Part shown: in pieces, positions 12,710 through 25,200 of the stretch | Layout: the number at the start of each line of letters is the position of its first letter | Position numbering within the stretch: the first letter of the stretch is position 1 | DNA from: Flectonema sp. DT1601 | Taxonomy: Eukaryota | Assembly (NCBI GenBank): GCA_964019425.1 | Contig: OZ025790.1 | Location: forward strand, 992,001-1,056,000 | Length of the DNA stretch: 64,000 nt | Direction: 5' to 3' | Notes under the pieces: model-generated | Database searches by the model: none | Seen by the model: the letters and a program-made list of their open reading frames with translations, nothing else | Told to the model about the DNA's origin: nothing | Program-made: the position numbers and the translations under genes

Positions 12710-13075
12710 TTAGGGCGAGTGAACATCAGGTAATGAAAGGTCAATTTTTTCAGTCTCACCACCCCATGCGGTTACCGATGCTTTTCTTGGAGGTTCTAAT
12801 TTTATAATTTCATCAGAGCACTCCGTAATCTTCAAGGCAGGTATTTCCTCAACCTCATTTTGTTTATTATTATTATTATGAAGTAGTACATCCTCTGTCT
12901 TTTCACTTCCCGCTGTTGAACCAATTTTCATGACGGTGACTTCATTAGAATTCGACTCAATTCCATTCTTTTTCTTCTTTTTTTCGTCGCCGTGTTCTTT
13001 TTCAGAGTCTTTTCCCTGAACCTCAACAACAGTTGTGGTTGGCGATGTTGATTCCTTTGACGTTATGCAACCCAT
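12710..13075 (-). CDS. Small hydrophilic protein with an N-terminal myristoylation/palmitoylation motif
   Basis: 121 aa starting MGCITSK (MGCxxS). It is on the same strand as its neighbours, with an AG acceptor-like site shortly upstream. Confidence 0.7.
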   Translation of the reverse strand: MGCITSKESTSPTTTVVEVQGKDSEKEHGDEKKKKKNGIESNSNEVTVMKIGSTAGSEKTEDVLLHNNNNKQNEVEEIPALKITECSDEIIKLEPPRKASVTAWGGETEKIDLSLPDVHSP

Positions 13076-14069
13076 GTTATGTTCTTTTTTTTTTTTTTTT
13101 TTTGTGGAATCTGAATTAAAAAAAAGGAGATAATTTCCACACCCAAGTGAGACAATTAAATTAGAATGTCAGTTTTGCTATAAAATAAGAGGTACTACAA
13201 TTCAAGAATTATACTCCTTGTTCTGATACAGCAAACTAAAGAGCGGGTTGACTCCAGGGAGCTACGAGGCTACAGCAACGTAAGCAGACTCAATCTTAGG
13301 TCTTCATCGGTGAGTGTTAGCAAGTTAGAGTAGGTCAACTCAACCTAATCTCAGACAAGCATATCTTTTTTTTTTTTTTTTTTTCCCCCCCCCTGAAATG
13401 AAATATTACCTCAAAACAAAAGAAATCAGAATCCAAATAGTTTTACTGGGGAAAGGAAAAAAAATTGCACTTTGCGGGGACGCGCAACAGTTGGCGTCGC
13501 GATAAAAATGCAAAGAAAAAAAAAGGTTGGGAAAGGGAAAAACAAGAAATAATAATACTGTTGTGAATGTCTACCTTAGATGTAAGCCTAGATTACGGAC
13601 AAGGAAACTGTCCGATCCCCAGACTTGTGTCAGACGTGAGAAAAAAAGGTTTTTTTGCTAAATAAAGGAAACAGTACATTTATATTTTTTTTTTATAATT
13701 TTACAAAAAAAATAATAATAACATAAAAGCAAATTTCTTTAAAAAATAAAAATAAAAAATTATCAGATCAGTCCTAGATTTCGTTGAACGCAGCTCTGGT
13801 TTATGCCTCGGCTGTGTGGGCCACGAGCACCTTGCTGGGTTGCTAGTTGGGGCTGGACACCTTCCAACTCCAGCCGACAGGTGCAGCAGTGTTGCCGGCA
13901 TAGTTTTGTTGAATACAGACAGAATCCCGTCGCATGGGGGAAAACAAATCATAATCATCAGAAAATAACGGCTTTCAATCTGAATAGTTTATTCTTTAAA
14001 AAACACCCCACGTGTGGTTAATATGTGCTGGTCAGTAAAAAAAAAACGTGGGGGTAACCTGAGCAATCA

Positions 14070-14202
14070 AATATAAAGCAACTTGAAACTGACTAAAATT
14101 AAAATAAGGTTCAGCCAAATCTGGTTGACGTAAAAAGACCACAGTTAAAACCCCACATGTGCTGTTGGATATGGGGATTCAGGCCACATAATACAGATTT
14201 GA
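14070..14202 (+). repeat. Dispersed repeat family copy
   Basis: tataaagcaacttgaaactgactaaaa...ccccacatgtgctgttggatatggggattc. Confidence 0.8.
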
Positions 14203-14789
14203 GGAAAACCGACAAAAAAAAAAAAAAAAAAAAAAAAAAAAACACAAAACGCAAAAACTTAACAAACATCATAGCACCTTAAATAAATAACAAATAAACC
14301 AAATCATAACTACGAAAAGAGAGGGGGAAAAAAAAAAAAGAGAATTTTTTTTTTAAAGTTAGCAAACCTATCGCCGCTTGCGAACGACGCTCAGCCTCAA
14401 CCTTAGTATATCAGCAACATTAACACCACAGAAAAGGGTTTTGTTGCATATTTCTTATTGTTAAAAAAAATGTGTGTGACTTTTTTACCGCCTCTTAATC
14501 AGATCAAAGAGTCGTAATTCATACTTCTTCAATGAAATAAATAGAGAGAGATCAGGTCATTGATGTAAGGCGTCAATAACTTATTAAATTATTACTTGTT
14601 GCTAAAAAAAAAATAAAAAAAAAACCCACGCAATGAAGGAGGGTGTTCACACGACTTGTTGTGTGAAAAATTGTTGTCTTGTTTTACAACTTTATAAGAA
14701 GTTCAGCTTTTTCTGTTCAGTTAAGACGATTCAATAAAAGAAAAGAAAAATAAAAGCAATAATAATGTTATATTCGTTTTCAGAGGAAA

Positions 14790-17700
14790 TCAAAGACCCC
14801 GAGCTCTTCCTGTTGGTTTCAGGGTTACTTTTATTGATTCCTGTGGCAGACTAGGAGATGTTGGCGGAATAGGCGCAGGAGAACCATACGCTGTGGACAG
14901 CGGGTAGCTCACTGAGCTCATGGCTCCAACAGAACGAGTGTTGGCAGGAGAACCAAAACCAGAATTAACTCCCTGAGTCAGACGCAGCATATCATTATTT
15001 CTACCGTTAGCAACAGACTTGAGAAGTTCTGATTGGCGAAGGTTTTCATCGTCATCGCGTTCTTCTATTTCCTTCTGTCGGATTTTATCTCTGTCTTCAA
15101 TCACTTTCTCCTGGGTGCTAATCTCTTCGTCTTGATTTCTGATTTTCATATCCTTGTCTTTCGATTCTTCCAACAGTCTCGCATTTTCACTTTCTAAAGC
15201 TTCTGCACGTTCTGCCTTTTGTTTCAACGAACTCATTTCATGTTCCTGTTCACGTAGTTTGTCGTTGTGCTCTTGCATGAGAAGCTTCTCACTGGCTTCG
15301 CGTTCGTGGACTTCGTCCGTCTTCTTCTCCTTTTGTCTTCTCAGTCGGTACAAAAGAGCGATTATAAGTAGCATGCAGATCAATAGAATAACTGTAATTA
15401 TTACTATCCATATCGTAGGGTTGCTGTCTTTGTCCTCGGTTCCCGGCGCTGCCGCAGCTGCACAAGCGTTCCCATCCCATTTACACAAAGCATCGAGTGC
15501 ACAATCAGCAGTGTTACTTAAAAGGCCACAATTCGTACCTGGTGGAGCGGTCGATGGCAGAGGGGGAACACTGGTAGGCGGTGTAGCTGTGGGAGGCAGA
15601 CCCGGAGTGAGTGTCGGGGTCAACGTTGGTGGAGTCGCCGGATTCCACGTCGGTGCTAATGTCGGAGGTAATGCAGGGTTCCATGTTGGTGCCATAGTTG
15701 GCGGGTTGGCTGGGTTCATCGTTGGCTGGGTTGCTGGATTCCATGTCGGGGTCAACGTTGGCGGAGTCGCCGGATTCCACGTCGGTGCTAATGTCGGAGG
15801 TAACGCTGGATTCCATGTTGGTGCCATAGTTGGCGGGTTGGCTGGGTTCATCGTTGGCTGGGTTGCTGGATTCCACGTCGGTGTCAACGTCGGTGGCATT
15901 GCAGGGTTCCACGTGGGTGCCATAGTTGGTGGGGTAGCTGGATTCCACGTTGGCTGAGTTGCTGGATTCCACGTTGGAACCATCGTAGGGGGCAGTGCCG
16001 GATTCCATGTTGGTGCCAACGTAGGTGGTGCAGGATTTGTAGTTGGTACCGCAGTTGGTGGCACTCCTGGCATGTTGGTAGGCACAGCAGTTGGGACCAC
16101 AGTTGGCGCCAGCGCCGGATTCCACGTTGGAACCAGCGTAGGGGGCATAGCCGGATTCCATGTTGGCGCCATCGTAGTTGGACTCGCAGTTGGTACCGCA
16201 GTTGGCGGCACTCCCGGCATGTTGGTGGGCACCGCGGTTGGTGAAATTGTGGGCATCATGGTTGGGGCCATAGTTGGACTCACAGTTGGTACTGCAGTTG
16301 GTGGCACTCCCGGCATGTTGGTGGGCACCGCGGTTGGTGAAATTGTGGGCATCATGGTTGGAACCGTAGTTGGTACCGCAGTTGGTGGCACTCCCGGCGT
16401 GTTGGTGGGCACCGTGGTTGGTGAAATCGTAGGCATCATAGTTGGGGCCACAGTTGGTATGGCAGTCGGAACTAGTGTCGGAATAGTAGTCGGGGGCATT
16501 GTAGGAACAAGTGTTGGAACAGCAGTTGGCATTGGTGTCGGCGGCGCATTCGTATCAGGGGCATCAGTTGGTGTCAACTCACAGGTAGCATTAGCTGCCT
16601 GCTGACTACCAAACCAGGGAGTCTGACAAACACATTCCCAATCTCCTAAACTATCAACAGCTGTATTTCTATCAACACATAATTGATGAATACTATCACA
16701 AACACTACTTGTTGCTGTCACAACACACTCATCAAGGATACATGTAGCGACTCCATTAGTCGCCGGAGCACCAGTAGCAGGAGGAATACAAGAACAGACC
16801 CAATCACGTGTTTTAGTAGGTTGTTGATTTGGGTCACTGCAAAGCTGCCCAGCATCAGTACAAATATTACCATAACTGTGACCTGAACTGTGAGCAGTAT
16901 CAGCGCAGGTATTACACTGATGAATACACTCATCAAGCAAACAAGCTGCTGCTGCTGCGATCATAGGAGCGCCAGTCTGTGGTGGAATGCAAACACACAT
17001 CCAATCACCCGCTGTCATTGGGTCTGGATCTCTACATGTTTGACCCCTTTGAGAACACACTACTAAATTATTAATATCATTACATTCACCATCATACACA
17101 CACACTGCTTGAGCCATCACGGCTTTCTCTTGACCTGTTGTTTGACAGATACATTCCCAATCATCTGTAGAACTAATGTCCTTATTTGGGTCATCGCAGA
17201 TCTGAGAGGCGGCTGAGCAGATGTAAGCATTTACGATGCATTCATCTAAGGCTGTGGTTGGAATGTTTTAATTATTAGTTTTGATGGTACGTTAAGTTAT
17301 ATAAATTTAATGATCACATACTACAAACACCTGGGACAGCATTACCAGAACCGAAAGCTGGTGCTCGACAAGTACAAGACCAATCAGTCATTGAGTATGG
17401 ACTTTTGTCAGGATCAGCACAGTCTTGAGTTGTAGGACACGGATTAGGTCTCGCAACTGTTGGAACGCATTCATCGATCTCACAAAGAGCTGGTCCCAGC
17501 GGACTGCTGTTCGGAAGAGTTGTTAAGGCTCCGCACTGACATTCCCAGTCAGATACCGACGAAGGACCCTTGTTGTTATCAACACAAAGTTGATGTTCAA
17601 TTGTACAAACATTACCAGCTCCCTTATCAGCGCAGGTATCACAAACTGCTGTGCATTCGTTCAGTTCACACGATGCAGCTTTTCCAGTAGTTGCAGTTCC

Positions 17701-19188
17701 AACAGCAGGTAGAATACAAGAACACTGCCAGTTATTAGGAACATTAAAGTCTGGATCAATACATTGTTGTTTACTATTCTTACAAACTGTATCTGTACTA
17801 CACTCATCACCTGTTGAGTAAGTACAGTTTGCAGGACCTGCAACTGCATTTCCATTTGCAGTACCTGAACACCAACACTGCCAGTCATCAAGTGAATTCG
17901 AAGCCGGGTTGGGATCGATGCAGGATTGTCCTTCAGCAGAACAAACCAGTTTTGCAGGTCCTGTGCACTCATTGTAAGTACACGACGGTACTGCTGATGT
18001 AGTTCGAGTTCCACTATTTGGACTCTTACACCTACATTCCCAATCTCCTAAAGAGCCTGGAGTAGAGTTAGGGTCCACACATATCTGATCAGCAGTAATG
18101 CAAGTCTGAGCATTTTGAATACACTCATCCAACGTACACACTGCCACTGCATCCGGTTGAGACGGACCAGTCTCTGGTGCTCTACAACTACACTGCCAGT
18201 CTTTTAGACTCAGCGCTCCTTTATTTTTATCGTAGCAGTCTTGACCGGCATCAGTACAAACATTTCCTCCTGTTGTACTTGCGCAAGAGGCGCATGTTGC
18301 TGAGCATTCGTCGAGTTCACAAGTTGTAGCGCCCATCATGATGGACGTACCGTTGAATGGGGAAGCGCATCGACACTCCCAATTATTTGGTGTTGTGGGG
18401 TCGGTGTCGACACAAACTTGTCCAGGCCCGTTACAAACAACTGACTGAGCGGTACATTCATCACCAGCTGGATACGTACAAACAGCAACACTTCCTACCT
18501 CTTCTCCAGTAGAAGGAGTAGTGCAGGCACATTTCCAATCTCTCAGAGAGGCTAATGTCATGTTGGGATCGACACACATCTGACCAGCTGATGCGCAAAC
18601 AGCAAACTTATCAACGCACTCATCGTATTGACAGACTGCTGTTGTTTGTAGCGCTCTTCCAACACCTGGATCGGTACAAACACATTCCCAGTCATTAGTA
18701 CTATTTAATAAATGGTTTGGGTCATTACAAAGCTGATGTTTCGCAAAACAGATATTATAGTTGGTCTGATCTTCACATTCATTCTTTGAACAAATAGCAA
18801 CCGATAGATAAGAAGCTTTACCATCACTCCCCGGAGGACAGAGACAAGCCCAATTACCTGTTGAGTCCCAAGCTTGATTTTGATCAACACAAGTCTGACC
18901 AACATCAGAACACACATCACCAGACATTGTCTTTGCACATGTCGGACACGTAGCTGTGCACTCATTCAGAGTACAGGTTGCTGCCATAGCAGTAGCGCTT
19001 CCACTACTTGGTAGTGGACAAACACAAGTCCAGTCTGATGCTGCAGGGTCAGCTGGTGTTGGATCGGAACATGTCTGCTGGACAGTCGTACACACATCAC
19101 TATTCATAACATCCGCACACTCATCAACTGCGTGAGCGATATTAAAGAAGAATAGTAATAATGCACTCACAGTCCATTTCATTGACAT
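14790..19188 (-). CDS. Type-I membrane protein: EGF-like Cys repeats, Pro/Thr stalk, TM helix and cytoplasmic coiled coil (2 exons, ~1442 aa)
   Basis: Exons 19188-17322 and 17251-14790. The intron 17321-17252 (GTATGT...CACAG, phase 1) joins CT-LDEC in frame. Signal peptide MSMKWTVSALLLFF, repeated DEC...Q.C.D...DW.C.C units, and TM IWIVIITVILLICMLLIIALLY. Confidence 0.88.
15540..16570 (-). repeat. Coding tandem repeats (PTWNPA/PTAVPT stalk)
   Basis: Degenerate short units with near-exact 120-nt higher-order duplications inside the CDS. Confidence 0.9.
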
Positions 19189-20368
19189 TTGGTTTTTTTT
19201 TTTTTTTTTTTTTCCCCAGTAATGTGTATTTACCTGCAGGGGAGGAAGTAAAAAAAATGTTTGTTGTCGATACGGCAACACAACATGTAACTACAACTGG
19301 TAAACAGAGAGAGGAGTAAAAAAAAAAAATAGGGTTTTTTTTTTTTTTCATGAATGGGAAATACCCTGATGCCGCAATGGTCGAAGTGCAAGATGCGAAC
19401 TGATTCACCACTTTACCTTTCCAAGCCTTCCCCGTGTTGGATAGAAATAGGGCGCGCATCCTTATAATCTTGTGTTTGTAGCCTTTCGCTGTTTGTTTGT
19501 TTGTTTTTTCCTTTTTAAACTATAGATCGATTTTATTGTGGTTGCTTCCCTTTCTTTTTTGGTTTTTCTTTTTTTTTTTTCCATCGCACTACGCCCGTAT
19601 TTACGTTTGGGAAAAAAAGAAATATATATTTCACAACAGGGATCTAGGAGGAATTCTCCCCACAATCAAAAAAAAATAAATAAATAAATAAATAAAAAAT
19701 AATAATACTATATCGAGGGTAGCATTATTTCTTTTTTTCTTTATTTTTTTTTTTTTTTTTTTTTGTTCCTCCATTTTTTTTGTTTAACAATTATATCTTG
19801 AACAGCTAGCGTCAACACCCCCTTCGAGAGGGGTAGAAAAAAAAAAAGGATTACCCCATCATCGTATAAAAGGGCTTAAGGCATTTGGGAAGAAACTCAG
19901 GGACAGAGTGGAATATTGAATAAAAATAAATTTGCACGAAGAATGAAGCATTGGGGTGGAGATGGGGACAGAAAAAATAAGTAAGAGCTACAACTGCGGT
20001 GTGACGGGATACAAAAGAAAGTATGGGGAGGGAGGGAAACAAAAGATTTGAAGAAAAAAGAAAAAAAAAACTTAGGGGGTATGACAAAAATTTGAGAGAC
20101 GCAATTACATTCTAACTTTCCTACACAAACAGAAATCAAGACTAACAAGGGTTAATTTTTTGCACATGTTTCTATTTTTAAGCAAAGAAACATAAGTAAT
20201 TATCTATGGCTGGCAACAATAACATCTTGTTGCCCTTACGATTAATGTTTGGAAAAAAAAACGAAAAAAAAACACCCTATCTCCTTCACATAAGATACGA
20301 ACCTGTGCACAGAAGACGAACACTCTGTTGGATTCACCTTCGACTGGTTTGCTGTTTACTTTTCTTAC

Positions 20369-20403
<35 letters not shown>

Positions 20404-22264
20404 CGACTCTCTTTTTTTTTTTTTTTTTTTTTTTTTTGTCCCCTTCCTTTTTCCTTTGCTAATAACTAACTATACTGACGCAAAAAACATATTTATAAAA
20501 AAAAGTTATGGGTATAAAAAAATTATATATAAAAAAAAAAAGAACCAGGGCTGGGGGAAAAATCTGATACGCGGCATGTGGTGGTGCACAATTCTTTTTT
20601 TTCGACCAAAAAGACGTAGTATTTTGGCTTTCCCCTCCCCTCCTCCCCCGCAAAAAGTTGCAGAGAATGCTTTGAATAAAAAAGTTTGTTTTTAAAAAAA
20701 AAAAAAAAAATGAAGAGGACAAATATTCAAATAAAGAACAACAACATCCAGTGAATAGCGCAAAGCTAAAAAAAAACACAAATTGCTCACCACCACAAAA
20801 CCAACATCATGCTACAAGATCCGTGCACCGAAGTAATATTTGCACAGGTGTTTATTTTTTTTTTTTTAAGAAAAGGGATAGAGCAAGGGGGAGAAGTTTT
20901 GTTTCCTTTTCTTTTTTTTTTTTTTTTTTTTTTGTTCATTAATTTAAAAGTCAACTCGTTTTCTTTCTGTTTTACATTTTGTTTTTTACATCTTTTTTTT
21001 TTTTTTTTTTTTTTTTCTCTGCATTCATTCCCCGTAACATGGAGGATGGGGCAGGGGAGCAGGGTGTGGCGCGGACAAGGGGAAAACTGTGAAAGCAAAA
21101 CAAAAGAAACAGGTACACCTTTTTTGAATTAACAGTATAAGGTGAGAGGCGTCATAAAGACACCGCAACAGTGGAAAAAAAATACCTACAACTCGGTGGG
21201 AATGGGGAATATAGAGACAAAAATAAGAATACTACTACTACACTACAGGGGCGCTTGCAAACAAGGAAATGATTTTTTTTTTTTTTTTTAACTGAACTAC
21301 TACAACCGCCATGGTTACTTGTACTCAAAACACGATGCCTGGATCAATCTAGTTTTTTTGTTTTGTTTTTTTGATTAACTTTTTCCTGTTGTTCGCTAAT
21401 GCATGTTTATCTCCATGAAGCCATTTCGACCAATGTTTTTTTAAAAAAGAAAAAATTTAAAAAAAAAAAAATAAAAAAAAAAAAAAAAAACCGTATCATA
21501 AGAAATAGGGATTAATAATCATCCACATGATTTCATGAAATTTCCTTCTTTTTTTTTTTTTTTTTTTTTTCTTCTTTTTCATTTTTTTTTTTTGATTTTT
21601 GTTTTGCTTTCTTTTTTTGAGTACAAAAAAAAGCAATAACGATGTGTGCAAATGGTCAACCAGCTATGGGAGAGAGAATAAAAAAAATGTGCTTCCCGAT
21701 TCTTATTTGTTCCAAAGAACTACTTAATTAACAGGCTGCATATTTTTTTTTGTGAGGTTTATAAAGAGAAAAAGCAATATTATAAAAAAGAAATTATAAA
21801 AAAAACTAGAGACAAGGTGGTAAGTAGTCGTTTTTCAAAGGGCATATTAACGGGAATGTCGGGAAGGTTATATCTTAAGTGAACTACTACGTGCTAAACC
21901 GGTCTCGCCTTGAAACTTTCCCTTTCTTCAATTCTACATATCTTCTAACGATATGTAATCATTTTGTTGTTTTCAAGAGCATGTGGTGTTTCTTTTCATT
22001 TTCTTTCGTTCTTTTTTTTTTTTTTTTTTTTTTTCATTTTCTTGTTTGTTCTCCTTTTTTTTTTTTTTTTTTTTTTTGTTTCCCTTCTTGTGCCTGAATG
22101 CTCAAAAGAAGAATAAATGACTTTCATCGCTTACCCTTAATTTGTCTGAGCGTAAATATTATAATTAAAAGCACCCCCCGTCTATCTACAACTCGTGTTC
22201 CTTTTTCCTTTCGTGGAAAGCCGTGACGGCTCCGGAAACAAAATGTATGTAATGAAATTAAGAT

Positions 22265-25200
22265 CTACAATTTAGTGATTTGGCGAGCTGGGACGCCCTC
22301 AGAGTGGGAACCGTCGTACCACTTGATGTTGTAAGTTCCGTCGGCAGCCTGAGCAAAGACTTCACCATCATACTCAGCTCCATCAATGTACTGCGCACGA
22401 ACTCTTTCTCCTGGAATGAAAGTCTCAGGGATGTATGAACTGCTGTAGCTGGTAGCATCATAGCTTGATCCACTTCTGTAAGAGTCGTAGTACGATGGGT
22501 CCTGTCTTGCAGCAACTGGTGGTGGCTGTTCTCTCTTGTAGTGCTCCTCCTTAGTCTTGTTCTTCTTTTTCTTCATGCAGCAGTAAGCAGCGATCAACAA
22601 ACAGCAGCACAACAGAACTCCGAGTGCGACCAATAACCAAACCCAGTAAGGGATGTCATCATCAGAACTTGGAGCACTAGTTGCAACTGTTGGTGGAATA
22701 TCTGCAACCTCTGGAGTAAGTGCGACATTAGTTCCAGTGATAATTGGAACTCCAAAGTTAGTGAAATCACAGTTGGTTCCTGTAGTCTGACACTGAGTGA
22801 TGGCATTGTTTAAAGTAGCCTGAGTGGTCTCTCTCTCCATCATTTTCTGAGCACTACCGTCAACCTGGTTAGAAACAACATCAAAGTCGACAATAATATC
22901 CTGAGCAACGTTCTGTAAGATGCTGACAAGATCACTGGCTCTGAACACGTTGGTACATCCTGCCGCCAAACGCAGCTGGTGAGTAGTAGGGCATTGAAGT
23001 TGGCTAAGATCAGTGGCTCCAGTAGCAGGCGCTGGGCAAGCTGCTGGAGGACAGATGTACTTCACAGAGATTCCAAGAAGTGCAATAGTGTTCGCTCTCG
23101 CGGTAGTCGCCAACACGGCCCGACCAAAGTTAACAGACGAGAACTGATTGATGGTGTTTCCTACGCGGGCTCTCAACCATCTGTTGTTGATTCTCGCGAC
23201 GTTAATGACGTAGTTGTAAGTAGTTCCAACATTAGTTCCAACGTTAGAAGTAGTACAAGTAACAGTTGTTGTTCCTGGTGTCGCTCCAGATGTGAAGGCC
23301 AACACTCCTGCTGGTGAGATAGTTGGTGCCACAGCGAACAAGTTCGGGTTCTGTGGAGTGCAGGCAGTGGTAGTCCCGGTAGGTGATGGCAAGTTAGTAA
23401 GGAAAGCTGCCTGGTATGGAGTGTTAATATCAACAGTGATTGGCGAAGTGAACAAACAGCTTCCAGTAACACTTCCACAAGGAAGGGCTGTAACACCTCC
23501 ATTGAAGTTTACAGTAAACTGAACAGTCTTAGTCAATGATGGAACACCGTTATCAGTAATACTGCAGGTAACGATACTACTTCCAACAGTAGTAGCCGCT
23601 GCTCTGGTGAACGCGAGAGCAGCAGTGGCAAGAGTTCTGTCAATAGAAAGAGATGGTTGGATAGCAAACAACTGAGGGTTAGTAGCAGTGCAAGTTGGAG
23701 TCAAAGTCTGAATTGCCTCTGGGCCAGTAACCTGAGTTAAGAAGGATGGGACAGACACAACTGTGGTACCAGCAGGAACATTCACAATTGCGTTTGGAAT
23801 AGTTGCAGTTGGAACAATGTTAGCTGGTGCAACAAGACACACATGAGTCCAAGTATTTGTTGTCGGGTTCCAGAAAGGTGTTGGACTTCCTGCAACGGCA
23901 CAAGTACAGAAACCAGGTGGCGCTGCACCAACTGGGCAGCTGACAGCATTACAAATACCGTTAGTCATAATGTAACCATTGTTGCAAGTACAAACTCCGT
24001 TAATAAGAACTGCGTTGAGAGGACAAGTTACGGTACTGCAGACGTGAGTCCATGACAGAGTAACAGAGTTCCAAACAGGTGTTGGAGTGTTGTTTGGACA
24101 GGCACAGATTCCAACAGGAGATGCACCAGTTGGACAGCTTACGGCGTTACAAATGGTGTTAGCAGTGTTCATTCTGTATCCGTTGTTGCAGAGGCATGCG
24201 CCATTCACCAGTAGTGAGTTGACTGGGCAAGTAACCGTACTGCAGACGTGAGTCCACGACAGAGTAACAGCGTTCCAAATTGGTGCTGGGTTGTTGTTTG
24301 GGCAAGCGCATGTTCCAATTGGAGATGCTCCAGCAGGGCAAGTCACAGGAGTACAAACGCTGTTAACACTTCTGTATCCATTGTTGCAGAGACACACTCC
24401 GTTAACCAATCGAGAGTTGATAGCGCATCCAGTTCCACAGACGTGAGTCCAGGCAGTTCCAGACCAAATTGGAGCTGGTGTACCAGATGTACAGGTACAG
24501 ATACCTGGTGGGGATGAACCAACCGGACAGTTAACTGCTGAGCATACGGTACCTATTAAAACGTATCCATTGTTGCAGACACAAATTCCATTTTGATTAG
24601 CGAATGAATTAGCCCCACATTGCTGACCAACAATACAAGCATGAGTCCAGGCACCAAGTGCTGCATCCCATGCAGGTGTACCTCTAAATCCTGAATCGCA
24701 TGTGCAAAGAGGTGGGTTGATAGCATTTGTTGGGCAGGTGGTAATAGTACACGTGTGAGTCCAAGCAGTTCCAGAGAAAACAGGAGTTCCCGTGTACCCA
24801 GCATTACAAGTGCACACACCAGGTGGTGAAGCGTTAGCTGGACAGTCAGTCTGAGTACAGGTGTGAGTCCATGAGTTGGTCGCTGCATTCCATTCTGGAG
24901 TACCAACAAAACCATTGTCGCATATACATCCAATTCCTGTAGCGTTAAGTGGGCATGGTACAGCTGTTTTATTTTAATTTGTTTGCCCACCTAATATATC
25001 ACACACGAATCAATATCGAACCACAAAACCCAAAGTTAGATAATTACATACGACTACAGCCAGTGTACTCAAACTCTCCATTGCTTACAGGACAGATAAT
25101 AGTTGGTGTCGCGGTTTGGGAGAATCCAACGTTGCAAGAAACCAGACCACACTGTGGAGATCTAACACAGGTTGGTGCAGCTACACTGTACCCATCAACC

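Noticed and set aside
13240..13345. Possible hammerhead ribozyme (CCGAUGA on the minus strand within a gttgac/gtcaac inverted repeat)
   Set aside because: The core deviates from CUGAUGA and there is no correctly placed GAAA.
15154..16605. Plus-strand ORFs of 267 and 177 aa and an alternate-frame 215 aa ORF
   Set aside because: These are antisense or off-frame shadows of the Pro/Thr coding repeat.
4700..22100. Many 60-110 aa intergenic ORFs rich in K or F
   Set aside because: They are translations of polyA/polyT tracts with no protein-like composition.
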